From Haliotis cracherodii (Eukaryota), in NCBI RefSeq assembly GCF_022045235.1, contig NW_027266275.1, positions 74,338,001 through 74,402,000 on the forward strand: DNA of 64,000 nucleotides, in the 5' to 3' direction. The notes beneath the pieces were generated by a model, which searched no databases, had not been told where the DNA came from, and was given only the letters and a program-made list of their open reading frames with translations. The stretch's first letter is position 1; each line of letters starts with the position of its first letter. Below, piece after piece: positions 25,282 through 39,344 of the stretch. Position numbers and translations under genes: made by a program.

Positions 25282-26469
25282 TATTAAAACTGTGTTCAAT
25301 CTTACTCCATTTATTTAATTATATATATGTAGTGTTACTATGGAAAGCAATGTTCACGTTGCCATATTAATTCATGTATGTATCAATTAATGTCACAGGT
25401 GGAGATATAATCAGAAAATGTGATTAATTGTTTACAGTGTCTATAGACAGTCGTATAATGCAAACAAATGCCACTGTATTGATTTAAGTCATGTCTACGT
25501 TCATAGGACTTTTACCAATAATACTCGGCGTTTTGGCCTGAAAATAGGCACATGGCATTTATTTCCCATATTGTTTCAGTAAATCTAATTTATATCAGAT
25601 CACACATTAATGGATGAAAATTTTCTAAATATTTTTTTAATCAGATTCTCAATGTCGTATCCGAGCGGCCCAAGTTTAAAATCGCACAGGAAACATGAAC
25701 AACTTGATGTTGTTTGCGAGAGGTTGACCATTTACAAGGGGTTGACGACGGAAGGACGACGGGCGGGCAAAGGGTAATTCTGCATGGTTATAACTCACGT
25801 AGAAGTCATGAATAAACCAGGCCATCATGATTCACCGCGAAACTTTGTCAAAAGAAACCAAATGTCCCTCGTACGATATGAGAACATTGAGATGATATGA
25901 GATGATTGAGATCAATAAAAGCAGGCTTTGAGAAAAACAAATAATGTAAAAGGCGAACCAAAATCTGGTAGGGTGAGCATCTACAGTATCGGTGTGGGTT
26001 GGCTGGGGATGTGCATTATCGTTGGTTTTGAGTTGGTGGGGCTTTGTCTTCTATTCTTTTTAGATCAAATTATAGAATGTATGACATTCAAATTCAATCG
26101 GTCTATCTTAATATCATATGTCGAGCCAGAATATGAGAGGGACAAATATAAATGGTTTAAATTAAGTTTAAACACAATGCCCCGATGAACTATGTAGACA
26201 CAGACAGTTACTAATGATGGATAAGTAGAGTATGAGTTGAACCGTCCACAAGAATCAACGACGTATAGAAAATACAGAAATCACATCATAGAACATAACA
26301 TGGACAATACGAATTCTTCGCCCATTGGGAAAACGCTGTTAAGTGTTTTCTCCTACCCAAATTTACCCACTTGTTTGTAAGCACATCATGCAAACACTTC
26401 AGAAAGAATACTGTCAAATTTTATAGGAAACGATAATAAAGTTAGTACTGTATAGCGGTAGATCAATAG

Positions 26470-26600
26470 ATGCAAGGCTGTTTTGACAGCGAGCTCTGAA
26501 AATGGTCAATAGAGAACACTTAAGGAACGCTACGAAGCTCTTCTGGATTAGCTGGCTATTCACATCAACTCCACTGAAGTGATCTAATTTCGAACAACCG
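26470..26600 (-). mobile_element. Highly decayed PLE-type RT fragment
   Basis: The - strand reads GVDVNSQLIQ, resembling GVYISQLIRY; very degenerate. Confidence 0.3.
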
Positions 26601-27020
26601 TAGGAGTTAAAACTTGTGGTCTTTTCTACCCGAGGGATGATTTTTTTTGTATTACTGTGACTACGCATGGTGGGAAAAATGGCCAGATCTGGTTATTTCA
26701 ATGTGCTTTGTCAGTGACAGAACTGGTATTGACCGACCCGCACGGCATAATCTACTCAAGGGTTTCAGTCACATATATATGATAAATATACATGTCAAAA
26801 TGTTTATAAAACTTAAAGTAGCAATGTGTACGACCAGCTACCGAGATGAGAGAAAATCCTGGAATTCAAGCTGCATAATGTGTAGTGTTATATTTATTTG
26901 ATCTTATGCAAAATGGCTTATCTGAAGTAATTTGATCATTCTATAATCAAATGAGTACATACAATAGAGTTATTTTTACATGTTCTTGGGTCACATTGCA
27001 GAAAGTTGAAAAGCAGAGAT

Positions 27021-27147
27021 GGATGGGTAGCCGAGGTGTGAAAGCGTTCGCTCGTCACGCCTAATGCCCGAGTTTGATTCCGAGTACAATGTGTGAATCC
27101 AATATGGCGTCCCCCATCGTTATATTTCTGACACATTGCTGACAACA
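27021..27147 (+). mobile_element. Diverged SINE family B copy
   Basis: gggtagccgagg..aaagcgttcgctcgtcacgcc...gtacaatgtgtgaa. Confidence 0.7.
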
Positions 27148-27896
27148 GCCCACAAGTACAATTATGGTGTAGACAAACTCAAGACATGATCAGAGTAAAT
27201 ATGGGATTCGAACCCGCGGTCATCGGAATCTAACTAATAGACAGCTATGCATAGCGAACTGCAGCACCTTTGACGAATATGCCATCCTCGTCAGTCAAGG
27301 TAATATATCTATTCTTTTAATTTGACTATACAAGAAGGAGCTAAGCCCCAAAGTAGCCATGTTATATGTTGTAAGCAGCAGTCTGTTTATCCCCATCTCC
27401 CTCACAAAACAATGCAAATTAAATAATTTAAAAAAACATATCCTGATTGAATGTAGATGTAATAATTACCTGTCATTAATATGTATGAACATCAGTACTT
27501 GATGACCTATTTGACAACACTAATTAACCACGTGACATACACAGCTGTTGTGTTCCTTAAAAATAATCTCAAATATGTATATATTATGTTAATGTAAATT
27601 AATATGTTCATGTAAATAATCATTATCCGAAAAAATATTGATAAATTCATGAGGCGAGGCTAATGATGCAACAGGTAGAACATGAATATAAATTGTCTGA
27701 CCGGTACAACGTTGAACGCCTTCGGCACAATCTTTTTAACTGAAGATCGGATTACCATATTTGTTTGTTTTCATTTGCGATATTGGGAGTGAGCTGTTGT
27801 GGGGAAATATTTCAATCGGTCCGAGAATTAGGGATATTCAATGACGTGAATAGAAACAGAGCGGAAACAATATATTGACAGGCCGCTGTACTCGTG

Positions 27897-28745
27897 ATTC
27901 ATCGCAAACGTACAATGATGACACCAGGTGTTGGAGAACTACTATGAGAGTATCCTGCCCAACATGGTTTACAGGTCCGTATGACCAAGTCCTGTTCTAC
28001 CTTGTTCAGTGTCTCTACACATGTAGCTATGTATAGCTAATTCATCGCAAACGTACAATGATGACACCAGGTGTTGGAGAACTACTATGAGAGTATCCTG
28101 CCCAACATGGTTTACAGGTCCGTATGACCAAGTCCTGTTCTACCTTGTTCAGTGTCTCTACACATGTAGCTATGTATAGCTAATTCATCGCAAACGTACA
28201 ATGATGACACCAGGTGTTGGAGAACTACTATGAGAGTATCCTGCCCAACATGGTTTACAGGTCCGTATGACCAAGTCCTGTTCTACCTTGTTCAGTGTCT
28301 CTACACATGTAGCTATGTATAGCTAATTCATCGCAAACGTACAATGATGACACCAGGTGTTGGAGAACTACTATGAGAGTATCCTGCCCAACATGGTTTA
28401 CAGGTCCGTATGACCAAGTCCTGTTCTACCTTGTTCAGTGTCTCTACACATGTAGCTATGTATAGCTAATTCATCGCAAACGTACAATGATGACACCAGG
28501 TGTTGGAGAACTACTATGAGAGTATCCTGCCCAACATGGTATACAGGTCCGTATGACCAAGTCCTGTTCTATCTTGTTCAGTGTCTCTACATATGTAGCT
28601 ATGTATAGCTTATTCATCGCAAACGTACAATGATAAATCAGGTGTTGGAGAACTACTATGAGAGTATCCTGCCCAACATGGTTTACAGGTCCGTATGACC
28701 AAGCCCTGTGCTACCTTGTTCAGTATCTCTCCACAAGTAGCTATA
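27897..28745. repeat. Satellite, 143-bp unit, ~6 near-identical copies
   Basis: Units start at 27897, 28040, 28183 and onward. Confidence 0.95.
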
Positions 28746-30744
28746 CTCATGCGACTGATCCAAACAAGAGTTTAGAATTTTTATAGTATAGATCTTTACA
28801 AGACATTTAAAAGCTATAGTACATGTTTTAATTAGAGTTTTGAATTACAATATTCTTGGATCTGTTGATCCAAAACAACAAGGAGAAACCGACTGCGGTT
28901 AATAATTTGCATTCTAGCGTTCCAGTCACATCACCGCGTAACTAATACTGGTATGTGTCAGTGTATATAAATAAATAATGATTGTTTACAGGCCGCGGTT
29001 GTATGACCACAAACAAACACTTACTTTTTTATGCAAATTTTGAAAGTGGTCGGTGATATTTTAAATAGTTTATGACGAATGTTAAAGACAGTCTGCAGTA
29101 AGTAATGAATTTGCTAAAGATCAGTCGTTTCTAACAATTATCAGAACGTCACAAGGAGTGAGACCATAGTGCATGGTGAAACAACTCAAAGACGCAGGAA
29201 CACACACAATAGAATCGTTCATTGTTAATGTGCATGTGACAACAAGAAGCCATGACAGGCCGCTAGGGAGAGCAGCCGTGGGGTCTCCCTGGCCACTGAG
29301 ACGAAACAGACACACAGGATTGACTCCAACCCATCAGATGCAGGCATTTCCTGACTCAGTAACTTCATCATAGTTACTATGCCTTACATCTCAAACACAC
29401 TCTCATGTGCGGACATGTGTCTAATGTACCTTATCATTTAAACGAGAAACAGTGTTCCCATAGTAACCGATATTGACCCTGTGAGCAGTGCTCCTATTAC
29501 AACAAAGTTGGTAGTTCGATGCCGGGGATTCATGGAATCCTTTTGGGTTTGGTTTTATGCATTTCTTTGTACTGAAAAACTGGTAGGTGGAATTGTTGTT
29601 TTATGGTGATTTCCACATCCTCGATCTTCCATTTCTTTAACACAACCAGCACAGATGCAAATACGTTTGATGAAATATTGGGCATATGGCACTGGCGTTT
29701 TATTGTCCCATAACTATGGTCATGAAAAGTCACAGTCACTGCCATTTCTGGTTATGGAGTTGAACTCATTAATGATAACATTTCGACATTGTTCGGAATG
29801 CAGGAACTTGACCAGGTACCCGACTGACCACAACATGCTGAATTACATGGCGTGAATATACTTACAAACATNNNNNNNNNNNNNNNNNNNNNNNNNNNNN
29901 NNNNNNNNNNNNNNNNNNNNNNNNNNNNNNNNNNNNNNNNNNNNNNNNNNNNNNNNNNNNNNNNNNNNNNNNNNNNNNNNNNNNNNNNNNNNNNNNNNNN
30001 NNNNNNNNNNNNNNNNNNNNNNNNNNNNNNNNNNNNNNNNNNNNNNNNNNNNNNNNNNNCGCTGTCAGTACTTTACAAGTGATCTGCGTATATTTAAATA
30101 TTTACGATAGACTGAATGTTATCCTTTCAACCTCCCTTAAAACCGAATACCTGCCAGAATGAAGACAGGATCAAAGGAAAAGTCCGCATCACCTGAGTAG
30201 GTGGCTATACACATCATTGAGATGCGATTTGAAGTAATAACGATCTCTTTTGTTTACATGGTCTGTCATAACAATCAGCGTAACAATTCCCTCTATTAAT
30301 ATTCATAATGCTTCAATCAGGTCTTTATTATCTTGATTTGTTATCGTGATCGATAAGGTCAGACAAGCAGTCTATCAACGTCTCCTTTGTTGTGGACGCC
30401 TTCTGTTGTTTGGGTTGAGTGAGTGAGTAGCAAAATATTGATCTTGATTAGATTCATGTTTGCTGGATGTCTATAAATCAACATTTTTATAATAGCATTT
30501 CATTTATGTTGGTTAAATCATTTGACTGGGAACGCATGTATTATTCTAATCTTTCAAAGACTTTTTTCTCGAAAAGCCTTAATTAAATACTCTTCGACAA
30601 AATGTGGTGCAAACCTTCTTTGATTTTATTGACAAAGAAGACCATCGAGTGGGTCAATAGATGTTGTCGCTGGCGAAGTGTCCACTTGAACCACCTGAAC
30701 CACAGGATCAATTCGGCTGCTCTACTTTCCCACCTGCTGCTGCG

Positions 30745-31365
30745 AGTGAACTGTCCACTCAAGCAATATGACAATCAGGATGAACCATTCTTGCAGCGAC
30801 TGAACTGTCAACTTAAACAATATGCCAATCAGAATGAACCATTTTTGTAGCGACTGAAGTGTCAGCTCAAACAATATGACAATTAGGATGAACCATTCTT
30901 GCAGCGACTGAACTGTCACCTAAAACAATATGACAATCATGATGAACCATTCTTGTAGCGGCTGAACTGATAACTCAGACCATGTGACACTCAGGATGAA
31001 CCATTCTTGCAGAGACTGAACTGTCAACGTAAACAATAAGGCCATTAAAGATGATCCATTCTTGCAGCGACTGAACTGTCAACTTAAACAATACGGCCAA
31101 TCAAGATGAACCATTCTTGCAGCTGGTGAACTGCCAATGCAAACAATACGGCCAAACAATATGTACCATTCGTACAGGTGGTGTACTGTCAACGGAAATA
31201 ACATTATTAATCAGAATAAACCATCTTGCTTCCGGTGAACTGTCAACGCAAACAATTGACCAATCAAGATGTATTATTCTTGCAGCTGGCTAACTGTCAA
31301 CGCAAATAATATGATCAATCGGGATGAACCATTCTTGTGGCGACGGAACTGTCAACGCAAATAAT
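30745..31365. repeat. Minisatellite, 54-bp unit (gatgaaccattcttgcagcgactgaactgtcaac...)
   Basis: Period 54 (30781 to 30835), ~11 copies, degenerating rightwards. Confidence 0.9.
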
Positions 31366-33283
31366 TAGACTACCCAACTTTTCGCTACAGGTGAAGTAAC
31401 TACTACAGGGGGCAATGCTGATATCACAGGATTTGACTCAACATACTATACAACTCTATGTCACATTCCATCACATCTTCTGGTAAACTATATTTATCTC
31501 ACGATTCACGTTTTCTTGCCCATGTTATGTATACTGTCGCAGAGTATGACCCAAAGCTCAATAACACATCTTGCTGTGCCTTTTCAGTCCCTGCTTTAGA
31601 CCACCTGACCACTCGAGCCATGTGGACATTTTATCACTCCCGATGATAGGCCGTCTTTCTTCCATCTAATGTGACAGGTCCTTCTATGCAATTTGCCACC
31701 TTCCTCTCGCTTCACCAATGGCCACAATACCGCTATAAAAGAGCCCTATTTTTTGGTGCTGACATTGATTCATTTCGACCTGATCATGTCGTGCTCGGCA
31801 GTTACATGTCAGAAATGCAATATTCTAAATCTCTATCCCCCTGGGACTTTGAAGGCATGAACGATTATCTTATAACTCAGAGGTAAAACATGTTTTGTGT
31901 TTTGTTTGAAATTATGTGTCACTTGAATCGTAGTGATGCCATTTTAGATAGAACACTTATTTGTTGAACACGTAAATAATTACAAACCTGACTGCAGATA
32001 GCCACATAACTTTCACCGCGAGTGTCCATTTGTCTCCTGGTGAAAAGAAATAAAATACACAAAACAACGACCGATTGAACGTGCCATGACAAAAAAATTA
32101 TGTTTCCTGAAGTATCTTAGCTTTGGGTGTTTCCTGTTATATTTTGTCATATTTCATTTTTGCTCTTAAAATTGAACCAGTATGTGTGGTGATTCAGAAA
32201 TGAGACTAACCGATTGGGTTATTGGGGTATGACAGACATGCATGCATGCCAAGTTATGCTGACTTGGAATGTCAAGAGCAGTTTTAATTAAAAGCGGCAA
32301 AGCCCTTTCCATTTTTATCAGACATCTCACGTTGTTCTGTCTTATATGAACAATCATATCCTGATCAACAAAAGAGTAATATTAACGAAAAGCAACCAAA
32401 TCACACGTAGTTTAGTTGGCCTTCGGTACGGACTTCGCGGATTCAACTCCCCTGGCGACAAAACTTGTTCCATCGTCAAGGTAAATTAAAAGGAAAAAAA
32501 AGTCTAGTTATTGCAAAGTGGTGTTTTACTAACAATTCAGTTAGCTAATGCTCGGTCAAAGACAAGAGAGCTATGGTTTAAGAAAAGATAAGGAGTAAAG
32601 AATTCAAAGAAAAATAAGTACTTTTTGTGTGTTGTTGCCTGCAGCATGTGTGCACCTTAGGTCAATCTGTATGGCTGACTAGATGTTTTGTTCTCCTCAG
32701 TGTTCCTCCATGGAGGAGTAACCAGTATGACAACGCCCATACGCACTGTCCAACCTTCACAGACAACAGCGTCATTGAGTCGCAAATCACATATATACTT
32801 GTCTTAACTGTCACACTTCTCCTTTAGAAACAGAAGCAATCAGAATCCGAACTCTAGGCTTTCATCCCCTAACCTTATGTACCTGTCGTACCCATTGCCC
32901 TGAACACTCGAGGGACAACGTGTCCGGAGGTTCTGCCCTGGGGCTGCTTCGTCTCTGCAGACACTTTATACTCTCCTTTGTGACTAAATAGCATCAAAGC
33001 GTTCTTTTATGATGTCGTGTGATTACGGTGCAAGATTCTGCTAAATATAAGCATTGCATTGAAAACATGTGTGGTCTATTGTGCATGTGTGTCAAATGAT
33101 GTTGGTGTATATGGAGTGCGTGACTGGCCGTGCGGGTTCATCATCGACTGGACGAAGGTGGCTGGCATGACAGGGCAAGAGGCGTGATGATAATTTCGAC
33201 TTGCACCTTCTCAACGGCCCTAGGTGGCAGTTCCGGTGGACGTCCATATATTAGGAGCTACATATCTCCCGTCAACCACCAGA

Positions 33284-33356
33284 TGAGTGAGTGAGTGAGT
33301 GAGTGAGTGGGTGAGTGGGTGAGTGATTGAATGAGTGGGTGGTTGGATGAGTGAGT
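33284..33356. repeat. (GAGT)n microsatellite abutting an assembly gap
   Basis: Seen directly. Confidence 0.9.
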
Positions 33357-35261
33357 NNNNNNNNNNNNNNNNNNNNNNNNNNNNNNNNNNNNNNNNNNNN
33401 NNNNNNNNNNNNNNNNNNNNNNNNNNNNNNNNNNNNNNNNNNNNNNNNNNNNNNNNNNNNNNNNNNNNNNNNNNNNNNNNNNNNNNNNNNNNNNNNNNNN
33501 NNNNNNNNNNNNCTCCTAGTATTCATACATATGGGCAGCTATAGGCGTACAGCATTAACCACTCAGTAAGTTCATACAGTCTAAATTCTCAAGCATTACT
33601 TACTTCCACTGGTATATTCGGTGTGTTCCTGGTCTGTGGTTAGCTATTGATAATGTGAAACTTTTGCAATGGAGCATGGTATTGATACGTGCAGGTCTTA
33701 CAACACAGGTGGTTGGCGGGGACGCGAAGGTCTTTGTAGCCAAGATAAATGTTGATATGAATTAATGAAGAAAGATGAGTGATACCATTACGCGCGGTAG
33801 ACATACATTTTAATGCTCATAGACAGCAGATCATCCGTGACTTAATGGTGTTCCTATTCTCCTAGACTGACACTTTATCAATATCACAGTCTCCCTGAAA
33901 GAAGCATCGGCATATCTCACGTCACACAGTTAGAACGCGAGCGTTAACGTGCTCGCTCAAACTGTGAACACAAAATAGACTGATTTGTATGAGTAAATTG
34001 ATATGTACACCCCGCGTTCTAAGTCAGTGAATTATCTTATACGCCATCTTCATGTCAATCGCTTTTCTGTCTTCTACAGAAACGGAAATCTTTATGTGCA
34101 TTGAAGGAATAACGGTTCTAAATCTGCAGCTGATGAATGAATAACATCGGGAATACGCGGATCTAGCAAAATCTATTTGACTGAAACAACCAATTAGATT
34201 CTTTGACATTTTATTAGCAGGATCTTCCGAAATGGAAAATACGTGTTTGTTTAAGCTTTTCTCTGAAACAATCAGTTCGTTTGCTGGAAATTGTGGAGAT
34301 AAAAAACAGTGCGACTTCAAACCCTTATGTTCTCTTTTTCTTAGGATGATAAAATAGAAGCTTTTACGGAAACATAACTGCACTGGAAGCCTGTTGCTAG
34401 GATCGATAATGTAATTGTTAGGACGACGGTAGTCAGTATCCGGAGCGGAAAAAACCGGGAATATCCGAACGAGCAGGAGAAGGAGGACAGTGTTCGTGCC
34501 TTTGTCGTAGCAGGCAATGTCCATGCTCACCAACAACGCTGATTGGGGGTGTGATTGACGCATTTCAGGCTATCATATTACCAACCCCAGTGTTTTTAGG
34601 GAGAGAATCCGTCCATCACGCCAAGGAATGTAACAGTGTAACGTTGAATTATAGGCGTGTGCCCGAGACCGTGGATGCCGGTAAATAAGGGTTGGCGACG
34701 TTAAGCAATGATGCACTTGCAGGGGTACTGTAATCCATCCTCATGCAAATGTGCCACATTAACTGGCCTTGTTCGACTTATTTATTATGGGAGACAACGT
34801 AAGGAAGCCATGATATGCCTAAATGCTTGTGTGTCACAAGAATTGTCTTTAGTCGAAATGTATTCATTCTATGAGACACGCCGTAATGAAACTACAGTGT
34901 TTCTCGCATGCTCAGCAGCAACAACAATTGATCTCTGTTGACACGTTTGCATTAACATGACGATGAAACTGCTCCAATGTATGTTTCACATGCTTGTCTG
35001 TCACAATAATTGGTTAGAGTCGACATGCTTGTTGTTAAATGTGGGAGATGAAAGTGTCCTGTTTCTCACATGGTTGTCCGTCTCACTCAGTCGTTTTGCT
35101 TTGGGTTTTGGGTTTCTGTGTCACCCACTATAACGGTAGCTGTCAGGTTCTTCACAACACATCTTCCTTGGATGTATCCGTGTCTTGCAATAAAACGAAA
35201 CTTAATCGTTTCTCCCATGCGTTTCCGTCTTAGTGGACGTGTGTCATGAGCACACGATATA

Positions 35262-37150
35262 ATGACATTGCCATGTTACCTATATACTGTCTGTCAACAT
35301 CTTTGCCGACGTGTTTCTTGGGGAAACAATATACTGACAATGTCATGTTACCTATATACTGTCTGTAGACATCTTTGCCGACGTGTTTCTTGGGAAAACA
35401 ATATACTGACAATGTCATGTTGCATATATACTGTCTGTAGACATCTTTGCCGATGTGTTTCTTGGGGAAACAATATACTGACAATGTCTTGTTGCTTATA
35501 TACTGTCTGAAAACATCTTTGCCGATGTGTTTCTTGGGGAAACAATATACTGACAATGTCATGTTGCATATATACTGTCTGTCAACATCTTTGCCGACGT
35601 GTTTCTTGGGGAAACAATATACTGACAATGTCATGTTGCATATATACTGTCTGTAGACATCTTTGCCGACGTGTTTCTTGGGGAAGCAATATACTGACAA
35701 TGTCTTGTTGCATATATACTGTCTGTAGACATCTTTGCCGACGTGTTTCTTGGGAAAACAATATACTGACAATGTCATGTTGCATATATACTGTCTGTCA
35801 ACATCTTTGCCGACGTGTTTCTTGGGGAAACAATATACTGACAATGTCATGTGGCATACATACTGTCTGTCAACATCTTTGCCGATGTGTTTCTTGGGGA
35901 AACAATATACTGACAATGTCATGTTGCATATATACTGTCTGTAGACATCTTTGCCGATGTATTTCTTGGGGAAACAATATACTGACAATGTCTTGTTGCT
36001 TATATACTATCTGAAAACATCTTTGCCGACGTGTTTCTTGGGGAAACAATATACTGACAATGTCATGTGGCATACATTCTGTCTGTCAACATCATTGCCG
36101 ACGTGTTTCTTGGGGAAACAATATACTGACAATGTCATGTTACCTATATACTGTCTGTAGACATCTTTGCCGACGTGTTTCTTGGGAAAACAATATACTG
36201 ACAATGTCATGTTGCATATATACTGTCTGTAGACATCTTTGCCGATGTGTTTCTTGGGGAAACAATATACTGACAATGTCTTGTTGCTTATATACTGTCT
36301 GAAAACATCTTTGCCGATGTGTTTCTTGGGGAAACAATATACTGACAATGTCATGTTGCATATATACTGTCTGTCAACATCTTTGCCGACGTGTTTCTTG
36401 GGGAAACAATATACTGACAATGTCATGTTGCATATATACTGTCTGTAGACATCTTTGCCGACGTGTTTCTTGGGGAAGCAATATACTGACAATGTCTTGT
36501 TGCATATATACTGTCTGTAGACATCTTTGCCGACGTGTTTCTTGGGAAAACAATATACTGACAATGTCATGTTGCATATATACTGTCTGTCAACATCTTT
36601 GCCGACGTGTTTCTTGGGGAAACAATATACTGACAATGTCATGTGGCATACATACTGTCTGTCAACATCTTTGCCGATGTGTTTCTTGGGGAAACAATAT
36701 ACTGACAATGTCATGTTACCTATATACTGTCTGTAGACATCTTTGCCGATGTATTTCTTGGGGAAACAATATACTGACAATGTCTTGTTGCTTATATACT
36801 GTCTGAAAACATCTTTGCCGACGTGTTTCTTGGGGAAACAATATACTGACAATGTCATGTGGCATACATTCTGTCTGTCAACATCATTGCCGACGTGTTT
36901 CTTGGGGAAGCAATATATTGAAAATGTCATGTTGCATATATACTGTCTGTAAACATCATTGCCGACGTGTTTCTTGGGGAAACAATATACTGACAATGTC
37001 ATGTTGCATATATACTGTCTGTCAACATCATTGCCGACGTGTTTCTTGGGGAAACAATATACTGACAATGTCATGTTGCCTATATACTGTCTGGCAACAT
37101 CGTTGCCGACGTGTTTCTTGGGGAAGCAATATATTGACAGAGTCATGTTT
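35262..37150. repeat. Minisatellite, 72-bp unit, ~26 copies, with a 792-bp higher-order repeat
   Basis: Unit atgtcatgttgcatatatactgtctgtagacatctttgccgacgtgtttcttggggaaacaatatactgaca; variant patterns recur at +792. Confidence 0.95.
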
Positions 37151-39344
37151 CTCACAGGCATTGGTCGACGTGAATCTAGAAATTCATTTTATTACATTGT
37201 TATGTTTCTGACATGTTTTTCAGAAGAAACTTTGGTCGAAGTATTTCAGTTGAACACATTAAAACGAAACTGAGTTTTTAAAAACTGGTTTGTTTGCAGG
37301 CTGACTGCTAGTATGCGGCGTCAGACAATACATTCTTACTCTTTATGCAAATTGTATAAAGTGCGGGTGCTACCGGTGGAGCAAGAGATGCTCATCCATT
37401 TGACGAACACCTGGTGTCATCATGGATTTTCAGTGGTCCATTCATATAATTTCCGCTGCTGTTTTGCTTTTACGGCAAACGGAATCTGTTTCGGCAGAAA
37501 ATCTAGGCTGGTTATTCTCTTGCATTGACAATTTATATTTACAAACACATCTGCGTAAACTCTGGGCATGCCGTTCATAGCATAGATCTGATGTTTTAGT
37601 GCTTGTCTGTCGCTAGGTAGAGAGCCATATTGAGCTCGACGCTGACAGACTTCTATTACCAGATTTGCCGCTCGCCTGTTCACGCCGTATATACCTGTGT
37701 CACTGCAAACCTCGACAGTCTGTTGCCAGGTAAGCTCGACTGGCTGCATATTATTTGCACCTATTGTACCTTCAATTAGAATAACACTTATTCCTATCTC
37801 CCACATCTATGCACCGTGTGACATGTAACATTATATCATGCTTACCGAATTAGAATTTTTATCGTTGATTGTTGTGACAATGATCCAGAATGCATACATT
37901 GCATCACAGCCCAGCCAGAATGCAGACAGACGAATGTCGTGCCTGCTACCAATTATACATTGCATTACTCGACACTGACCCCGTATTACCCGACGCTAGC
38001 ATTACACTACCCACACAACTATCAAAAACATCTACTTGCATTAAAGCCTTGCTTCTGACGTTGCAATATCAGCTTCCATTGATGCCATAGCTGCTAATAA
38101 CATTGCAATGCTCGCTACTAGAACAACATTGCCTATTAAGAACACTGTTGTACCCACAGCTACTATCATTGCTATGCATAGCCCCTACTAACACTACCGT
38201 GCTCGTTACTGGTACTTTGTACCCGCTACTACTTAAACTGCAACACCCGCTACTTATACTGCAACACCCGATACTAATACCGCAACCCCGCTACTAACAC
38301 TGCAACACCCGCTCCTTACCCTGCAATACCCTTCTACAGTGTTACTAACACATTGACCCCCCCCCCCCCCCTCCTACCCCACAATGCAGCCACTGAACCC
38401 CACATCCCGGAGCCACATCTCCATGCCAACCCCCCTACACTTTAGACACGCCAGTTGTTGCCTGCATCTCGTGCTCGAGTGTCGGCCCACACGGTTTTCA
38501 CACACGGTGATTATCTGCACATTCTACACTAAATTTGTTTTAATTAAGTATTCTTTCTGTAGAGCGACATTGTTTCAATCAAGTCGAATCTCTTTAGGGG
38601 ATTTGAGGAAACCGGTGCAAAGAGGATGTGGGCACGCTAGACAAACTGTTAGTTTACATGAACGTGCCAGCGCGCTGATTCCAGACAAGAGCTTCTCATC
38701 CACGGCAGTTAAGTTGTGCCCCAGCTGATGGCTGTGTAAAACGAGAACTACCAGAGCATAGGAATAGGATTACCTCCAACTTAAACTTTTCTTTTCTCAT
38801 TGAAACCATGGTGACTCTGGGAATGTTGATAGATATAGTCTCAGCGTTATTTTACTGGCAGGGTCTGGCAGTGTTTAATTCACGGCTGCATCGCCAAGTC
38901 TGCTTTGATGAAGATCCTCACAGTGAGCAACTAGGAGATTCGAGTGGCGACACTTATTGTACCCCAGTGCACGTTAACGAGGACTTCCAGTAACGTCACA
39001 ATATGACAGTGTCACAGATGGGAACTTGATTTAAGAAAGGCGGAAGTCTCTATGTTACAATAAATATGTGTCTAAGACGATGGACATTCAGCAAGCTTTA
39101 CAAGGCTTTCACAGAGGCAGGTGGTGCTTGCTACAAATCCATTTGGCTAATATATCAGGGCGTTATGCCATCGAGCTCTGTAGCGTGTCCTTTTAAGAGC
39201 AAGATGTAAGAGATGGATGTGTATCTTTGTCGATGATAGATGGCCAGTAAAGTAGATTATCTACGTGATACATACTATACCTATAGTAATAGCAGTGACA
39301 GTATCGGGTATACAAACGCATAGCTACAGGCATTAACGGAGCAT

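Noticed and set aside
27897-28745. Possible CRISPR array
   Set aside because: Whole 143-bp units are identical, with no variable spacers.
34024-34563. 179-aa - strand ORF
   Set aside because: No recognisable domain or splice context; plausible chance ORF.
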